From: Felis catus
Taxonomy: Eukaryota
Reading direction: 5' to 3'
Length of the DNA: 64,000 bases
Assembly: GCF_018350175.1 (NCBI RefSeq)
Contig: NC_058368.1
Span: forward strand, 50,159,815 to 50,223,814
The notes beneath the pieces are model-generated. The model saw only the letters and a program-made list of their open reading frames with translations. It was not told where the DNA came from and did no database searches. Position numbers and translations under genes: made by a program. This document shows, piece by piece, positions 52,484 to 64,000 of the stretch. Each line of letters opens with the position of its first letter. Position 1 is the stretch's first letter.

Positions 52484-52764
52484 GTAAGTAGTGTTCATTT
52501 GTTTTTGGAATAAATAAGGTGACCTTGGTGGGACCGAATTAGCACCGAGTAGCATCGCTTATTTTCAGTTGCATAAGAATTTATCAAGGAGCAGTCTTTC
52601 CAAGTTGGAAAGACCTATTTTGAGATGAAAAGCCAAGCCTCCTCTGGTACTGCTTTGGCAAAGGGTGGTATGAATAATTCATGTTAGCGAGAATGCTTCA
52701 GTAGACGACTCAATGATGTCACATGTTCTTCCTTGTTTGCACATCTTCTCTTCTGACTGGTTAG

Positions 52765-52869
52765 CTTCCAGTTCCAACCCTCAGTGCCCCGAGTCGCTGG
52801 GCATGGGATCAAGAGGAGGAGCGGAAGCGGCAGGAGCGGTGGCAGAAGGAGCAGGACCGCCTTCTGCAG
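52765..52869 (+). CDS. LMO7: LMO7 exon, 105 nt, LPVPTLSAPSRWAWDQEEERKRQERWQKEQDRLLQ
   Basis: ctggttag|CTT...CAG|gtagag; phase 0-0. Confidence 0.95.
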
Positions 52870-53292
52870 GTAGAGCAGAAATATATGGGCTCCCAGGAAC
52901 TGGTCCCTGTCAACCAGCATTGTGAAGCAAATTAAAAAAAAAAAAAAACGTTAAAAGCTAATAACCTCATAATTAACAAATCTTTTGATAGGTAGCCCAT
53001 CTTGTGTTAATTACATTTCTATTTTGAAACTTTCCCAGCCCTCTTTTTAAATAATTATTTACCCCGTGTATGTTTTAGAATGAGGCACTACAGTTTTGTG
53101 GAATTCTTACATGTGGGAAGTAAGGACTTAACACCCTTTACGCTGTGTGCTTATTCTGTTGCAGAGAAATCCAGCCCCCTTGCTAGCAAGGGGCTCTAAT
53201 CAATTACAGCTGTGGTAGAGGGTGGCTATAGATTCAATTCTGAGTATCTACCCTTCCCTCAGACTGTGTTTTAATTTGATATAAGCTATTTG

Positions 53293-53465
53293 TTTAAGTT
53301 TATTTATTGCGAGGGGAGAGAGAGAGACAGAGGGAGAATCCCGAGTAGAATCCATGCTGTCAGCGCAGAGCTTGACGTGGGGCTCGATCCCACAAACCAT
53401 GAGATCATGAGCTGAGCCAAAATCTGGAGTCAGACGCTTACCCAACTGAGCCATCCAGACACCCC
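53293..53465 (-). mobile_element. CAN-SINE (older subfamily)
   Basis: Antisense body; TSD ataagctattt. Confidence 0.9.
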
Positions 53466-53644
53466 AATGTAATAAGCTATTTTGTACTTTAGGGATGGAA
53501 GTCCTATTGGTTAAAATAATATCACTGCCTTTAAAGATTGAGATGAATGGTAGAGCTAGAAAAAAATGCTAGTAAAACAGATTCTGTTTAACATCATTAA
53601 CCTGTCAATTAACTAATTAACTAACATGCTGTCTCTTCTTATAG

Positions 53645-53737
53645 GAAAAATATCAACGTGAGCAGGAGAAACTCAGGGAAGAGTGGCAAAGGGCTAAGCA
53701 GGAAGCTGAGAGAGAGAATTACAAGTACTTGAATGAG
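53645..53737 (+). CDS. LMO7: LMO7 exon, 93 nt, EKYQREQEKLREEWQRAKQEAERENYKYLNE
   Basis: ttcttatag|GAA...GAG|gtagtg; phase 0-0. Confidence 0.95.
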
Positions 53738-54142
53738 GTAGTGTTGGAGTATGCTGTGTTCTCTGTCTTGGTGAAATTAGCTGAAAAACGGAAGATACTA
53801 TATTTCACCTGGCTTTGGCCACATATTCACTTAACACAAGCTCTTTGGAAAATACAGTGAGCTTTGATTTGTCAGAATTTTGCTTTGATGTTTCAACCTT
53901 TCCCTTAGTTTCTCTAGAGTATCATTAAATAATTGTGTTAATCATCTCTAACTGCATCTTTGTCTTCTTCTGTCTCTGTCACCCATGTGTGGCTTTGTTG
54001 GCAGTGAAACTTTTACCATCATTCCAAGTGGAATTCCAGGCCAACTGCAATAAAGTCTCTAAAACTGACTATAGATCTGTCTTTATGACATCATAGAAAG
54101 ACACAGATTTGGACGGGTTTCTTGTTCTCCCTGGTCACCTAG

Positions 54143-54480
54143 GAACTGATGGTCCTGAACTCAAACAGCATTTCTCTGACTGCACGGGAGCCTGCCGTTG
54201 CCAGCTGGGAAGCCACCTGGGGTGAGGGGTCCAAGTCCTCCGACCGGGAAGGAACCCGAGCAGGAGAAGAGGAGAGGAGCCAGCAGCAAAAGGAGGGTGC
54301 GGACGAGGACCAGAGAAAGAAGCTGCAGGAGCAACTAACTCTTGAGAAAGAGAGGACACCGGAGGAGCCACAGTATCAGGAAGGGCAGGAGCAGAAGAGG
54401 CATCCGGCGGAGGCCGAGGAGCGCAAGCACCAGGCAGAGAGAGAGAGGGAAACTTCAGTCAGAATATACCAGTATAGAAG
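54143..54480 (+). CDS. LMO7: LMO7 exon, 338 nt, ELMVLNSNSISLTAREP...ERETSVRIYQYR
   Basis: cacctag|GAA...AGA AG|gtttgt; ORF 54149..54517; phase 0 to 2. Confidence 0.94.
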
Positions 54481-54589
54481 GTTTGTCCCACAGCCGAAGG
54501 GCACTGTTGTATTTTAAATTGGCTTGGCTTAGTTGTATCCGTTTCCCGCTCCAGAGGCACTATGTTGATCCCTACCATCCATTCTGTAC

Positions 54590-55145
54590 ACAGGCAGCCC
54601 AGTGGAAACCCTTTACATTGTATACCTGATCCTGTCACCTTACTTCCCTGCTTACATCTATTCAGATGGCTCTCTATTGTGTTAGACCACCCAAGTCCTC
54701 GTAGTAACCTAGAAGGCTTGCACGAGCTGGGTCTTGACCCTGTGGTCTACCTAGCTTCCTACTACTCTTCCCTTCACTCTGTCTGTTCCAGACACACTGG
54801 CCTCCTTTTCCATTCTTGAAACTCTCTGATGCATCCTGCCCCAGGACTTCTGCATTTCTCAGTCCCTGTGCTTGGAGACGTCTTCCCTCACATATTTGTT
54901 TGTCTTACCCATTTTCTTTAAGTCTCTGCTCAAATGTCACCTTCTCAGACTTTCCGGAATACCTCATCTAAAATATGTGTCTTTTCCCCACCCCTTCTCC
55001 TGACATACCATGCTTTATGTTAAGTGTTTGTGGCCTTCCTGCCCACTGAAACATAAGAATTACATTTAATACTTCTTTGTTTTGTTTGCTTCTCTAGCCC
55101 AGCCCTAGAACAGTAGCAGGTATACATCTGTGGGATGAATAAATT
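54590..55145 (+). mobile_element. LINE-2 3' fragment (approximate)
   Basis: cacactggcctcc...aagtctctgctcaaatgtcaccttctcag...ccctagaacagt...gatgaataaat. Confidence 0.7.
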
Positions 55146-55328
55146 GCAAAATATGCTATTAGTAGCTCTGCTTTCTGCAGTGCTTGATTGAAATACTTGT
55201 GTTTCGTTTTTAATCCAGAGGCCGTCTCATAAAGAGGCTAGAATAACGTTGTTTTGGTATCAATTCCTCAAGCTCAGGAAAGGCATTGAAGTCTGATAGT
55301 TTTACCGTAAACTCCTCTATCTTTTTAG

Positions 55329-55394
55329 GCCAATTGATTCCTATGATCTACCAAAGAGAGAGGAAAAATCCCCAGGGTTGCTTCCTAGTGACAG
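55329..55394 (+). CDS. LMO7: LMO7 exon, 66 nt, PIDSYDLPKREEKSPGLLPSD
   Basis: ctttttag|G CCA...GAC AG|gtatgt; phase 2-2. Confidence 0.92.
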
Positions 55395-55547
55395 GTATGT
55401 AGGACATCTCATTGTAATATGGTTGGAATGATTGGTTTAAATGAATATTTGAGGGCTTGCCTAGATGTTTTGTAGGACTACTTTAACTTTTTCTGTGTGT
55501 GTGTGTGGGGGGGGGGGGTGGATACAAAGATCTTGCTGGTTGATCTT

Positions 55548-56020
55548 TGTACGGACTAGCTTTTGCTGTGTAACCAGCTACCCCTAAACTTAGTGATTTA
55601 ACATGGTTTTGTGGGTATTTTGGGGCTGATTCTAATTGGCAGTTCTCCTAATTGATTGGGCTCCTCATACATCTGCTACTGGTTTACTAGGCAGCTCTGC
55701 TTTGGGGAGTTGGCTGACTGTCAGCTGGGATGGTGAGGCTAACTAGGCCATGTGCCTTTCAAGACCCAGCAAGCCAGTGCAGTCTTACGTATGTGGTGGC
55801 TGAGCAGAGAGAGGGAAGCGAAGAAGCATGCAAGGCTCCTTGCAGTCTAGGTTCTGAACGAGCCCGCCAACACTTCTGCCACATTCCATTACCTAAAGTC
55901 ACAGGCCAGCCCAAGTTCACAGAAGAGAGAAAAACTCTACCTCTTTCCATGTAGGAGGAGCCACAATGCCAGGGGAATGGACGCTGGGTAGAAGTGTGTT
56001 CATCTTCGGCAATCTACCTT
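55548..56020. mobile_element. MLT1-type (ERVL-MaLR) solo LTR
   Basis: Begins tgt..ttgctgtgtaac..ccctaaacttagtgatttaac, ends gcaatctacc; typical MLT1 termini. Confidence 0.7.
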
Positions 56021-57468
56021 AATTTTTGTTTTAAAGAGGTTACAAGCAATGGCCGAAGCTTACTCGAAGTCATGTGTGGACATCTGAAATGAGAATTGCG
56101 GCCTTCTCTTAGGCTGATTAGAACTACCAGTCAATTCCAGTAAATGTTATATATGTCTTAAAATTCCCTGAAATGTTAAACTTAATGTTTGAAAGTAACT
56201 TTAAAATGCTTTGCAGTTCTGAAACCATTAAGGACTTCTGGGTAGAACTCTGTCTATAAATACCCAGTGTATGACCATTAATTTGTGTTTTCAGAGGTGA
56301 CATTTCTTCTTTAGGAAGTTTGCCTTAGAAATATGGAAAGAGTCATCTCTATGGGCAATGAGGATGACTGAGTAGGACTCCAAGTCGATAGGGAACATTA
56401 ATATATAGGTAGTAATGGGCTGACATGAAGCTAGAAAATGTTTTAGCGATGGATGACCTTATTTATAGTGAAGGTTTCTGGGTAATTGTGGATCATTAAA
56501 ATGTGTATCTCTCTTTTTTAAAGATATGCATTTACTTATATATTTTAATAACCTTTATTTATGTGGCTTATTACCTTGAGAAAATAATTAGATTGCAGAG
56601 GCAAAATCAGTAACTCCTGGAAGTATAAAACACTGCTAGGCATTTATGATGCAGCATGGGCTGAGAGGCATTAAGAGGTGTGGCTGGACACCTCGTAATA
56701 AAAGTATTTTCTATGTCAATACAAATGAAACCGTCATGAAAGTTGCTAACAGTTGTGATACATTATTATGTCCTACACATTATTATATGTTGTATATATG
56801 CACATGTATGCTCTATGCATACGTTATGTGTATGTATGATAACATATATTATTCGTTATTACCACTATCATTTGGAGTTCTCGTGCTTAAAGAGTGAGAA
56901 TGAGAACAGCATGGGTTGATACAGAAACCTAAATGTTGCCATTTCAAAGTCAGGTAACTTCATAGGTTCCCTATGCCAGCACGGGTGAATACCTCTTTGC
57001 ACTGCCAAGATAGCATTGGTCAGTGGCTGTTTCGGAGTAAGTACCCTAGTGCCCAGAAAGTCAACTTCTTGACCCTTGGGCAGCATGAAGGAAGTGGGGG
57101 ACAGTATGATGTTAGGTAATCTGATGACAGATGTCTGGTATAGCCTGTGAGATCGAGATCTGGAAGAGAATCAAAGTACACAGATTGGTCAAAAATCATA
57201 GGCTTAATCATCCTACAAACTGGAGAGGACCTTCACATTTATATCTGCTTCAAGCATCAAGCTGTTTTCTCATTTAGAGACATCGCTGTTTTCTGCTACC
57301 TTGTACAACATGAAAAATTCCTTAGTATGAAAATAAATGTTGCTCTCAACAGACATAGGAAATAAATCAACTGCTTTAAAAAGCAATCTTTTTGGTGTTC
57401 TTACATCACAAATGTAAAAAAGATGTTCCTAATGAGACGTCTGTAACATGTTGTGTTTTGTGTTGTAG

Positions 57469-57521
57469 GAATAAATCCAGATCCACTACTGAACTGGATG
57501 ATTACCCTACAAATAAAAATG
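57469..57521 (+). CDS. LMO7: LMO7 exon, 53 nt, NKSRSTTELDDYPTNKN
   Basis: tgttgtag|G AAT...AAT G|gtaaat; phase 2 to 1. Confidence 0.93.
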
Positions 57522-57998
57522 GTAAATGTGAATTTCCCCCCCAAATTCCTCAGCACAGTTGCTTGTTTATGCTATCACACGCTATGATCGGTATTTTTAA
57601 AGTCAATATATTTCAGAGTCATTAAGATTACATAATTAAAATACCAAGTATTTTTAGCATTTGTGTATAAAAACAAAACTATCTTGTGGTTATTCTGGCT
57701 TTACTTTATAATGGAGGGGGTACTGGGAGATTAAAATGGTTTTAAATAGCTAATGAAATATGGGCATTTTTCAGTGCTGCTGATGGTTTTGTGTAGATTT
57801 CATCTTGCAGCCAAGGAAATGGGACAGAGAAGTTTTCTGCAGAATACCAGGGGACTTAAAAATTGTTTATAAACTTGAAATTGTACATTTAAGTGCCAAG
57901 TGTCCCAAAGTCCGAAATGATAATCATTTCACTAACTTAGCAAAAATGAGCTGGAACCTGATATTATTAGTATAAAGTGTGCTTTTAGAAATGCATGT

Positions 57999-58224
57999 GG
58001 GGCGCCTGGGTGGCTCAGTCAGTTGAGCATCTGACTTCGGCTCAGGTCATGATCTCATGGTTTGTGGGTTTGAGTCCTGTGTCAGGCTCTGTGCTGACAG
58101 CTCAGAGTTTGCTTCAGATTCTGTCTCCTTCTCTCTCTGCCCTCCCCCTTTCATGCTCTTGCTCTCTCTCTCTCTCTCTCAAAAAGAAATAAACATTAAA
58201 AAATTAACTAAAATATTAATAAAA
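57999..58224 (+). mobile_element. CAN-SINE
   Basis: Head, (CT)n, A tail; TSD aatgcatgt. Confidence 0.94.
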
Positions 58225-58518
58225 GGAATGCATGTGACTGAAATTATATAACTAAGCAGGGGGGAACCCCAAGCATAAAGCATCATTTTAGAACAGGGTT
58301 TATATATCAGTCTTTGGGTAAGCAGGGTGTTGGCCGGTTATATGAATGAATCGAAGTTCCAGGTGAGGATTGAGATGAATTTGGTGGACATGCCCACTGA
58401 TGGATAGCTGCTTCCAGCTCCAGCCTGGTGTGGCATTGTGGGAGAATGCAAGCCTGTGAGGGTCAACTGTTTCTGTTGTAAAAGAGAAGTTAATGAAAAT
58501 CCACATTTTTAAAAAATC

Positions 58519-58742
58519 TTTTTTTTTTTAATTTTTTTTTCAACATTTATTTATTTTTGGGACAGAGAGAGACAGAGCATGAACGGGGGAGGGGCAGAGA
58601 GAGAGGGAGACACAGAATCGGAAACAGGCTCCAGGCTCTGAGCCATCAGCCCAGAGCCCGACGCGGGGCTCGAACTCACGGACCGCGAGATCGTGACCTG
58701 GCTGAAGTTGGACGCTTAACCGACCGCGCCACCAGGCGCCCC
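58519..58742 (-). mobile_element. Young CAN-SINE, apparently inserted in an old hAT (MER102-like) element ~58257-58824
   Basis: Antisense young SINE; TSD aaaaaatctttt; flanks resemble MER102 (tentative). Confidence 0.93.
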
Positions 58743-59274
58743 TAAAAAATCTTTTAAGTGCTGACAAGGATAAACAAAATTTAAAACCCTCTGTGAGCCA
58801 AACAACACATCTATAGCCCTAATTGGTCTAGTTTGTAACCTCTGGTTAAAGCTCATAGAATTTAGTTTGTTAGGTTCTATGATCACCTCCTTCTCCTTAA
58901 CACATAGGACCTTCCATTGTCTGGTCCTAGTGTAAATTTCCAGCTGTTATGCTGTCTTTCCTGGCAGGAACCCTTATCTTAAACCAAATTTTTTTCTTTC
59001 CCAGTTCCCAGTATCACATGCTTTCTGATCTTGTTCCTCTGGTCTTACTTGTTTGGATCTCTGAGTTTCTTTCCCCCCTGAATTTGCCCTAGCCACAATT
59101 AAAATCAAACTTTAAGTACTTCAATCTTCAATGTTTGCTTTCTTCCCTTTACTAACTGTAAAGCTCCTGAGTAGCAGGCAGTGGAACTAATGAAATGAAG
59201 TATTTTATTGAAAGACCCAGTTATGCCAATAAGGCACTTCTAAAATAGAAAATGTTTAATTTAAAATCTGACCA

Positions 59275-59499
59275 GGGGTGCCTGGGTGGCTCAGTCAGTT
59301 AAGAGTCTGACTTTGGCTCAGGTCATGGTCTCACAGGTTTGTGGGTTCAAGCCCCACGTCAGGCTCTGTGCTAACAACTCAGAGCCTGGAGCCTGCTTCG
59401 GATCTGTGCCTCCTTCTGTTTCTGCCCCTCCCTTTCTCTCTATCTCTCTCTCTCTCTTTCAAAAATAAAAAAAAAAAAAAAAAAAAAAACCAAAAAAAA
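59275..59499 (+). mobile_element. CAN-SINE
   Basis: Head, CT tract, A tail; TSD ctgacca. Confidence 0.94.
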
Positions 59500-60444
59500 C
59501 CTGACCAAATTGATAAGCTGTATGCATACACAAATGTAAATGTAGGTATGTATGAGAAAACTTTGGCCTTTTTCACTGCTCACTAATGCAGAGAGGCGCC
59601 ATGAATTTTGAAAAAAATGACAACAGCAGTAAATGTGGAGAGTGAAACAAAACAAATCCTGAGATGAAATTTCCTAATCCAAGTTGAAAGGGGGAAAATA
59701 CTTCAAAGTTATGGATGTTTTACCCAAATTAGAAATTAATCAGCTTATCCAATGAGACAAAGCCTTCAGGATAAAACCTCACTGAATTGTCATTCATATA
59801 TTCAGCATCCAAATTCTGGCTTTGTCAGTTTCTTAGAGGACAAACAAATCTGATAACATTCCTCGGTTAGCATTTGGGTTACTTGACTATTTTTCAATAT
59901 CACAAAAGCTATTTCAGTGATAGAATGTGCTCTTATTCCTACAATTTGGCCATGACTTATTCTAGAACTTACACTCAGGAAGACTTGAGTCATGTCAGCT
60001 GGAGATGCAGGCATACATATCTTCCTCCCCCCAGGGAGAGTGTATGTTTTTTGAAAGCGTGTCACAGCAAGCTTTCGACGAGCATGTGTTTGATTGATTT
60101 AATTTCATGAGGAAAGAGAAGCGGAAGAGAAAGTATTTCTAGATGATCATTTTGAAGCTTACTAGCACTGAAATCAATGCTGGTTGTTTCCTTTTTGGGA
60201 AGCCTGCTTAAGTCTTTCAGGGTGCACCTGTGACGTGCCTCTGGGTGTGGAACTGGAATTCGCAGGAATAGCGGACTTACTTCTGTGTTCCCATGCAGCA
60301 GTCTTACTGAGAATTGATGTTACCATATGTGCACAATGTCATATTTTTTGCTACATTGTATTTGGAAATTTATCCACTATCCAACCTCATTTTTTTTTTT
60401 AAATAATAGCTAATCCTGCAGTCTTTGATATGTTTTTAATTTAG

Positions 60445-60658
60445 GAAGCAGTAAATATTTAGACCGAATTGGGAGCACTAGCTCATCACAGAGGAGCTCC
60501 AAGAAGGAACAGGTGCCGTCAGAAGCAGAGTTAGAGAGACAGCAAATCCTTCAAGAAATGAGGAAGAGAACATCTCTTCACAATGACAACAGCTGGATCC
60601 GACAGCGCAGTTCCAGTGTCAACAAGGAGCCCATCTGTCTGCCTGGGATTATGAGAAG
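60445..60658 (+). CDS. LMO7: LMO7 exon, 214 nt, (G)SSKYLDRIG...ELERQQILQEMRKRTSLHNDNSWIRQRS...PGIMR
   Basis: taatttag|GA AGC...AGA AG|gtgcga; phase 1 to 2. Confidence 0.95.
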
Positions 60659-61940
60659 GTGCGAGAGTTTTTAGGAGTTATTTCCTCTTCTGTACTGTGA
60701 GGCAGATATTTAATTTCTGGACAGGTGGGTGACTTTGGACAGGAGAGTTGTCGTACTATTTTTTCTTATCTAAAATTCAGTGGAGAAAGGGCAGCACAGT
60801 GAATGTGACTGGGCGCATGTTCGAGGGCTTATTTGAGGGCCAGACATATGCCAGTTACTTTGTTTACCTCATCTGACTTCCTCTGGGGAAAATGTTTTGA
60901 GGCAAGGATGGTGATTCTGTTCTTCCATGTAAAGAAACCGTGGCTCAAGCTGGGAATACACTTGGACAAAAACACATGGCTAACAGGTTGCAAAGGTGGA
61001 TGTGAAATTCTGAAGTAACGATTCAGTCACTTAAAAAATTTATGCTGCTCTTTGTCCTTCCTTGGCTGCTGAACTGAGAAAATTAAGCCTGTTTGTTTAT
61101 AATGAGCTAATGGTTCATTTGGAATCATAATAGTGTTTACACAGTGTGAAACCTAATTTTTATAACTTTAAGGAAAACATATAGATATACATTAATTGAA
61201 AATGAGAAGATGAACATTTTGAAAGATGTTGATAAATGAATACTGAAGCTACTTTTATTAAGTGTTTTGCCAGGTGACAAACTGAGGAAAATTTGGAACA
61301 TGTTACAAGGGCTAATTATCTCACTATACAAGGAACTTTCATAAATCAATAAATAAACCGTGACAACTTTATAGGAACATAGACAGGTGGTATGAACAGA
61401 CAGTTCACAGAAAAAGAAAGTAAACATATAAAAGGTTAATGCTACTCCTAAGATAACAATGATGTATCTCCTTAGAAGATTTGTAGAGGCTTAAATATTG
61501 ACTAATTCAATCTAGTCTTAGCAGTGGTATAAGGAAACAGGAATTATTTCTCCCAGTTGAGTGGAAAGTTTTTCAGTATTTATTCAGCAGAAGCTTTTAT
61601 GTCTGTACCCATGTGAGCTACCTAGTTCCTGGCACTTTATCTTCTGAATGTATTTGGATAAATATGCAAAAGAGAGACCAAAGGATATATACTTAAGTAT
61701 TATTGGCAATAGGTAAAAAGAAAAGAATCAGAATATCTGTGAATGGGAGTGTACTCAGTTCTTGCTAAACAACTAATGGCACATTGATGAACCCCAGTTT
61801 TTAGGTGGTATATGATACAGCAACGTCTCTTTCGTTCTTTCAGAGTTGTGTAATATTCTACATTATCACAATTCTTATCACAACTGACTGGGCAGCACTT
61901 TGGATGATGTTGGTTGGGGCACTCGGACAGCCCTTTTGAG

Positions 61941-62136
61941 CTGGTGTTGGCAAAAAAAAAAGTTACTTTCTCTTTTGATAAAGGATGAGATAGTACATCA
62001 CTTTGACTTTGTAGGCCACATCAGTGTCTGTCACATATTCTTTGTTGTTTTTTTTATGACTGTTTGAAAATAAAAAATATCCTTAGCTCATGATTTGTGC
62101 ATATCCTGATGGTGGGCTGTAATTTGCTGACCTCTG
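61941..62136. mobile_element. MER58-like hAT-Charlie element
   Basis: ggtgttggcaaa...taaagg..agatagta...tttgtaggccac...ctgtcacatattct...ttgctgacctctg. Confidence 0.65.
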
Positions 62137-62291
62137 ATGTAGTTGCTGCACTGAGAGCTCATCTGGAGCTCTTGGTGAGGAGCCTCTGTTCCTGCATGGG
62201 CCTCTCCCATAGCTGCTTGAGCTGCCTCATGACATGGTACCTGGATTCAGAGAGGAAACCTTTCAGGAGGATAAGCCCTCATGTGCAGGTG

Positions 62292-62373
62292 TGTCATGTG
62301 GCCAAGCAGAGAATCAGTGGGAGGGGACCACGCATGTCACGTGGCCAAGGAGAGAATCAGTGGGAGGGGACCA
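62292..62373. repeat. Tandem duplication, period 43, two copies, inside an MLT1-like fragment
   Basis: tgtca(t/c)gtggccaag(c/g)agagaatcagtgggaggggacca at 62292-62330 and 62335-62373. Confidence 0.9.
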
Positions 62374-63611
62374 TGTAATGGCCTGGATGCCAAGAGGATG
62401 AGTCACGGGGGGCCTCTCAAGTACGGTCTACACATGAACCGGCGTGAAGATGGTTCTAATATAATACATACTCCATGGAATAAAGTGAGTTATGAAGAGT
62501 ATGCATTGTGGAATAATCCCAGTTGGTTAAGAAAGTTAAAACCATGAACACATTACATACGTGTATAGATATGGCTGTACTTACGTAAATTTGTATCTGT
62601 TTGTAACTCTGTAAACAGGAGAAGTCTAGAAGTTAACAGTGGTTACCTCTGGGAATTAGGGCAGGTAAATTGTGGTAAGTGAGGGTGGTCGGGGGGACTA
62701 TATTCATCCCTCAGATACCCCTCTATACCGCTTGGGTCCTTTTCATCATGATGATGTAGTATTTCTCTAATTATAAAAGAAAAAAATGCATATTTTACAC
62801 TTGGGATAAAAGATCAAGTTTTAAATGTAGTAACAAAATTGACCTGTTAGAAAGTAACCATTTATAATTTGGAGTCGACCTTTGTAGATCAGAATTTATG
62901 TAAGCACTTGACTTTGTTTAAGAGAGGTTTTCCAGAAGTTGTATTTAATTCAGTTTGTGAGCTAAGTTCTATATTAAGTGCATATTCACTTTAAGGGAAG
63001 TGGCTGGTGAATGCTTCCACAAGATAGACATTGAAGAGTTGACTAAATTCAGGGTTTGGGGTGGTGAGTGAATGAGGACTGCATAGTAGGAATGGTCTGG
63101 ATTACCCTGGAATCAGACAGACACTGTTGAAAGCCAGTTCTACCTAGCTCTTTTTCCTATGGAGAAGTTAGCATCTGTGAGATATAAAAAAATTGTATAT
63201 AGTGTGTGAAAAATAAAAATTTTGGCTATGTTTAGTCTAACACCTGATATATATAAGTGCCTAAAATGATATTTTTTGGTTCAATTTTAAAAATTAAGGT
63301 ATGTCTATTCAGCTGAATATTTAAAGGAAGAATGTAGTAGTTTATTTTTAAAAAAATAATATTTTCCACTTTGGTGTTTTTTATTTTATCTAAGCACCAA
63401 GTAAATAAAAATAAATGAAGATTACTTGAATATGAAACATCATGATTCTGATGAAAAGAAACTTTGGTTATTAGTGGCAACTTTATATGTAACGGGACTC
63501 GCTAGATTAATACCTACTTACAAAATACAGAAGGTAGATATTTTAGTGACTGTAATGATAGATTCTAGTTGAATGTATTATATAACCTTAATTAACCCTT
63601 TCTGTGTTCAG

Positions 63612-63893
63612 AGGCGAATCTCTAGATAACCTGGATTCCCCAAGATCCAATTCCTGGAAACCATCCCCTTGGCTCAATCAGTCTTCAGGAGTCCATGCTT
63701 CCTCCTCCGTTCAAGACTTCAGTCGCCCACCACCTCAGCTGGTGTCCACGTCAAACCGTGCCTACATGCGGAATCCATCCTCCAGCGTTCCCCCTCCTTC
63801 CACTGGTTCTGTGAAGACCACCACCGCGCCTTCTCCCGCACCACGCAGCCATTCTCCTTCAGCATCACAGCTGGGCTCCCAGCTACGCAACAG
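63612..63893 (+). CDS. LMO7: LMO7 exon, 282 nt, GESLDNLDSPRSNSW...SQLGSQLRN (precedes LIM-domain exons)
   Basis: tgtgttcag|A GGC...AAC AG|gtgaga; ORF 63604..63897; phase 2-2. Confidence 0.95.
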
Positions 63894-64000
63894 GTGAGAA
63901 CCCTAGTCTTGGGGTATTTTTTCATTAAAATTTCCCCAGAGTCTTGTCCAAGTTTTCTGGTGAAAACCAAAACCAAGCCTTTTGGAATCTGTCAAATTCA

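Larger units (their letters stand above)
1..64000 (+). other. LMO7: Internal part of the LMO7 transcription unit (multi-exon gene; 5' and 3' ends outside window)
   Basis: Spliced exon chain translates to a protein collinear with human LMO7 as recalled (CH-domain end, SKSMSDV/WQDDLAKWKDRRKS coiled coil, PDZ, pre-LIM Ser/Pro region); all junctions GT-AG with matching phases. Confidence 0.97.

Noticed and set aside
57470..57520. Two AATAAA hexamers
   Set aside because: Both are Asn-Lys codons inside a coding exon
647..59655. Many short ORFs with MAQLV/GGGAEREGDTESE/SPASGSVLTAQS-like peptides (e.g. 647, 12966, 20403, 29449, 57995, 58540, 59286)
   Set aside because: They are translations of CAN-SINE copies, not genes
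1..64000. CRISPR array, prokaryotic operon or viral insert
   Set aside because: No regularly spaced repeat-spacer array, no long intronless ORFs; everything fits a mammalian intron-exon locus

Overview
Mammalian genomic DNA, almost certainly a felid (cat lineage), judged by ~15 carnivore tRNA-derived SINEs of the SINEC_Fc type. The whole window lies inside one + strand gene, LMO7 (LIM domain only 7). It runs from the end of the calponin-homology region (QEETDRRVKN / VLITLYWLGRKAQ) through the Ser/acidic and coiled-coil regions and the PDZ domain to the exon just before the C-terminal LIM domain. The start, most CH exons and the LIM exons are outside the window. I rebuilt 24 coding exons by hand, with consistent splice phases, by comparison with the human LMO7 protein recalled from memory (no alignment was run). 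Main points of interest: (i) five frame-neutral phase-2/2 cassette exons (18853-23230), two not in the reference protein I recall, that carry repeated DD-x3-R[RK] and SDSEDE motifs and are followed by RBFOX/QKI sites; (ii) candidate microexons and a possible alternative last exon in intron 50569-52457; (iii) two perfect intronic inverted repeats; (iv) inverted young SINE pairs bracketing exon blocks. No prokaryotic-type system, CRISPR array, rRNA or true tRNA gene was seen.
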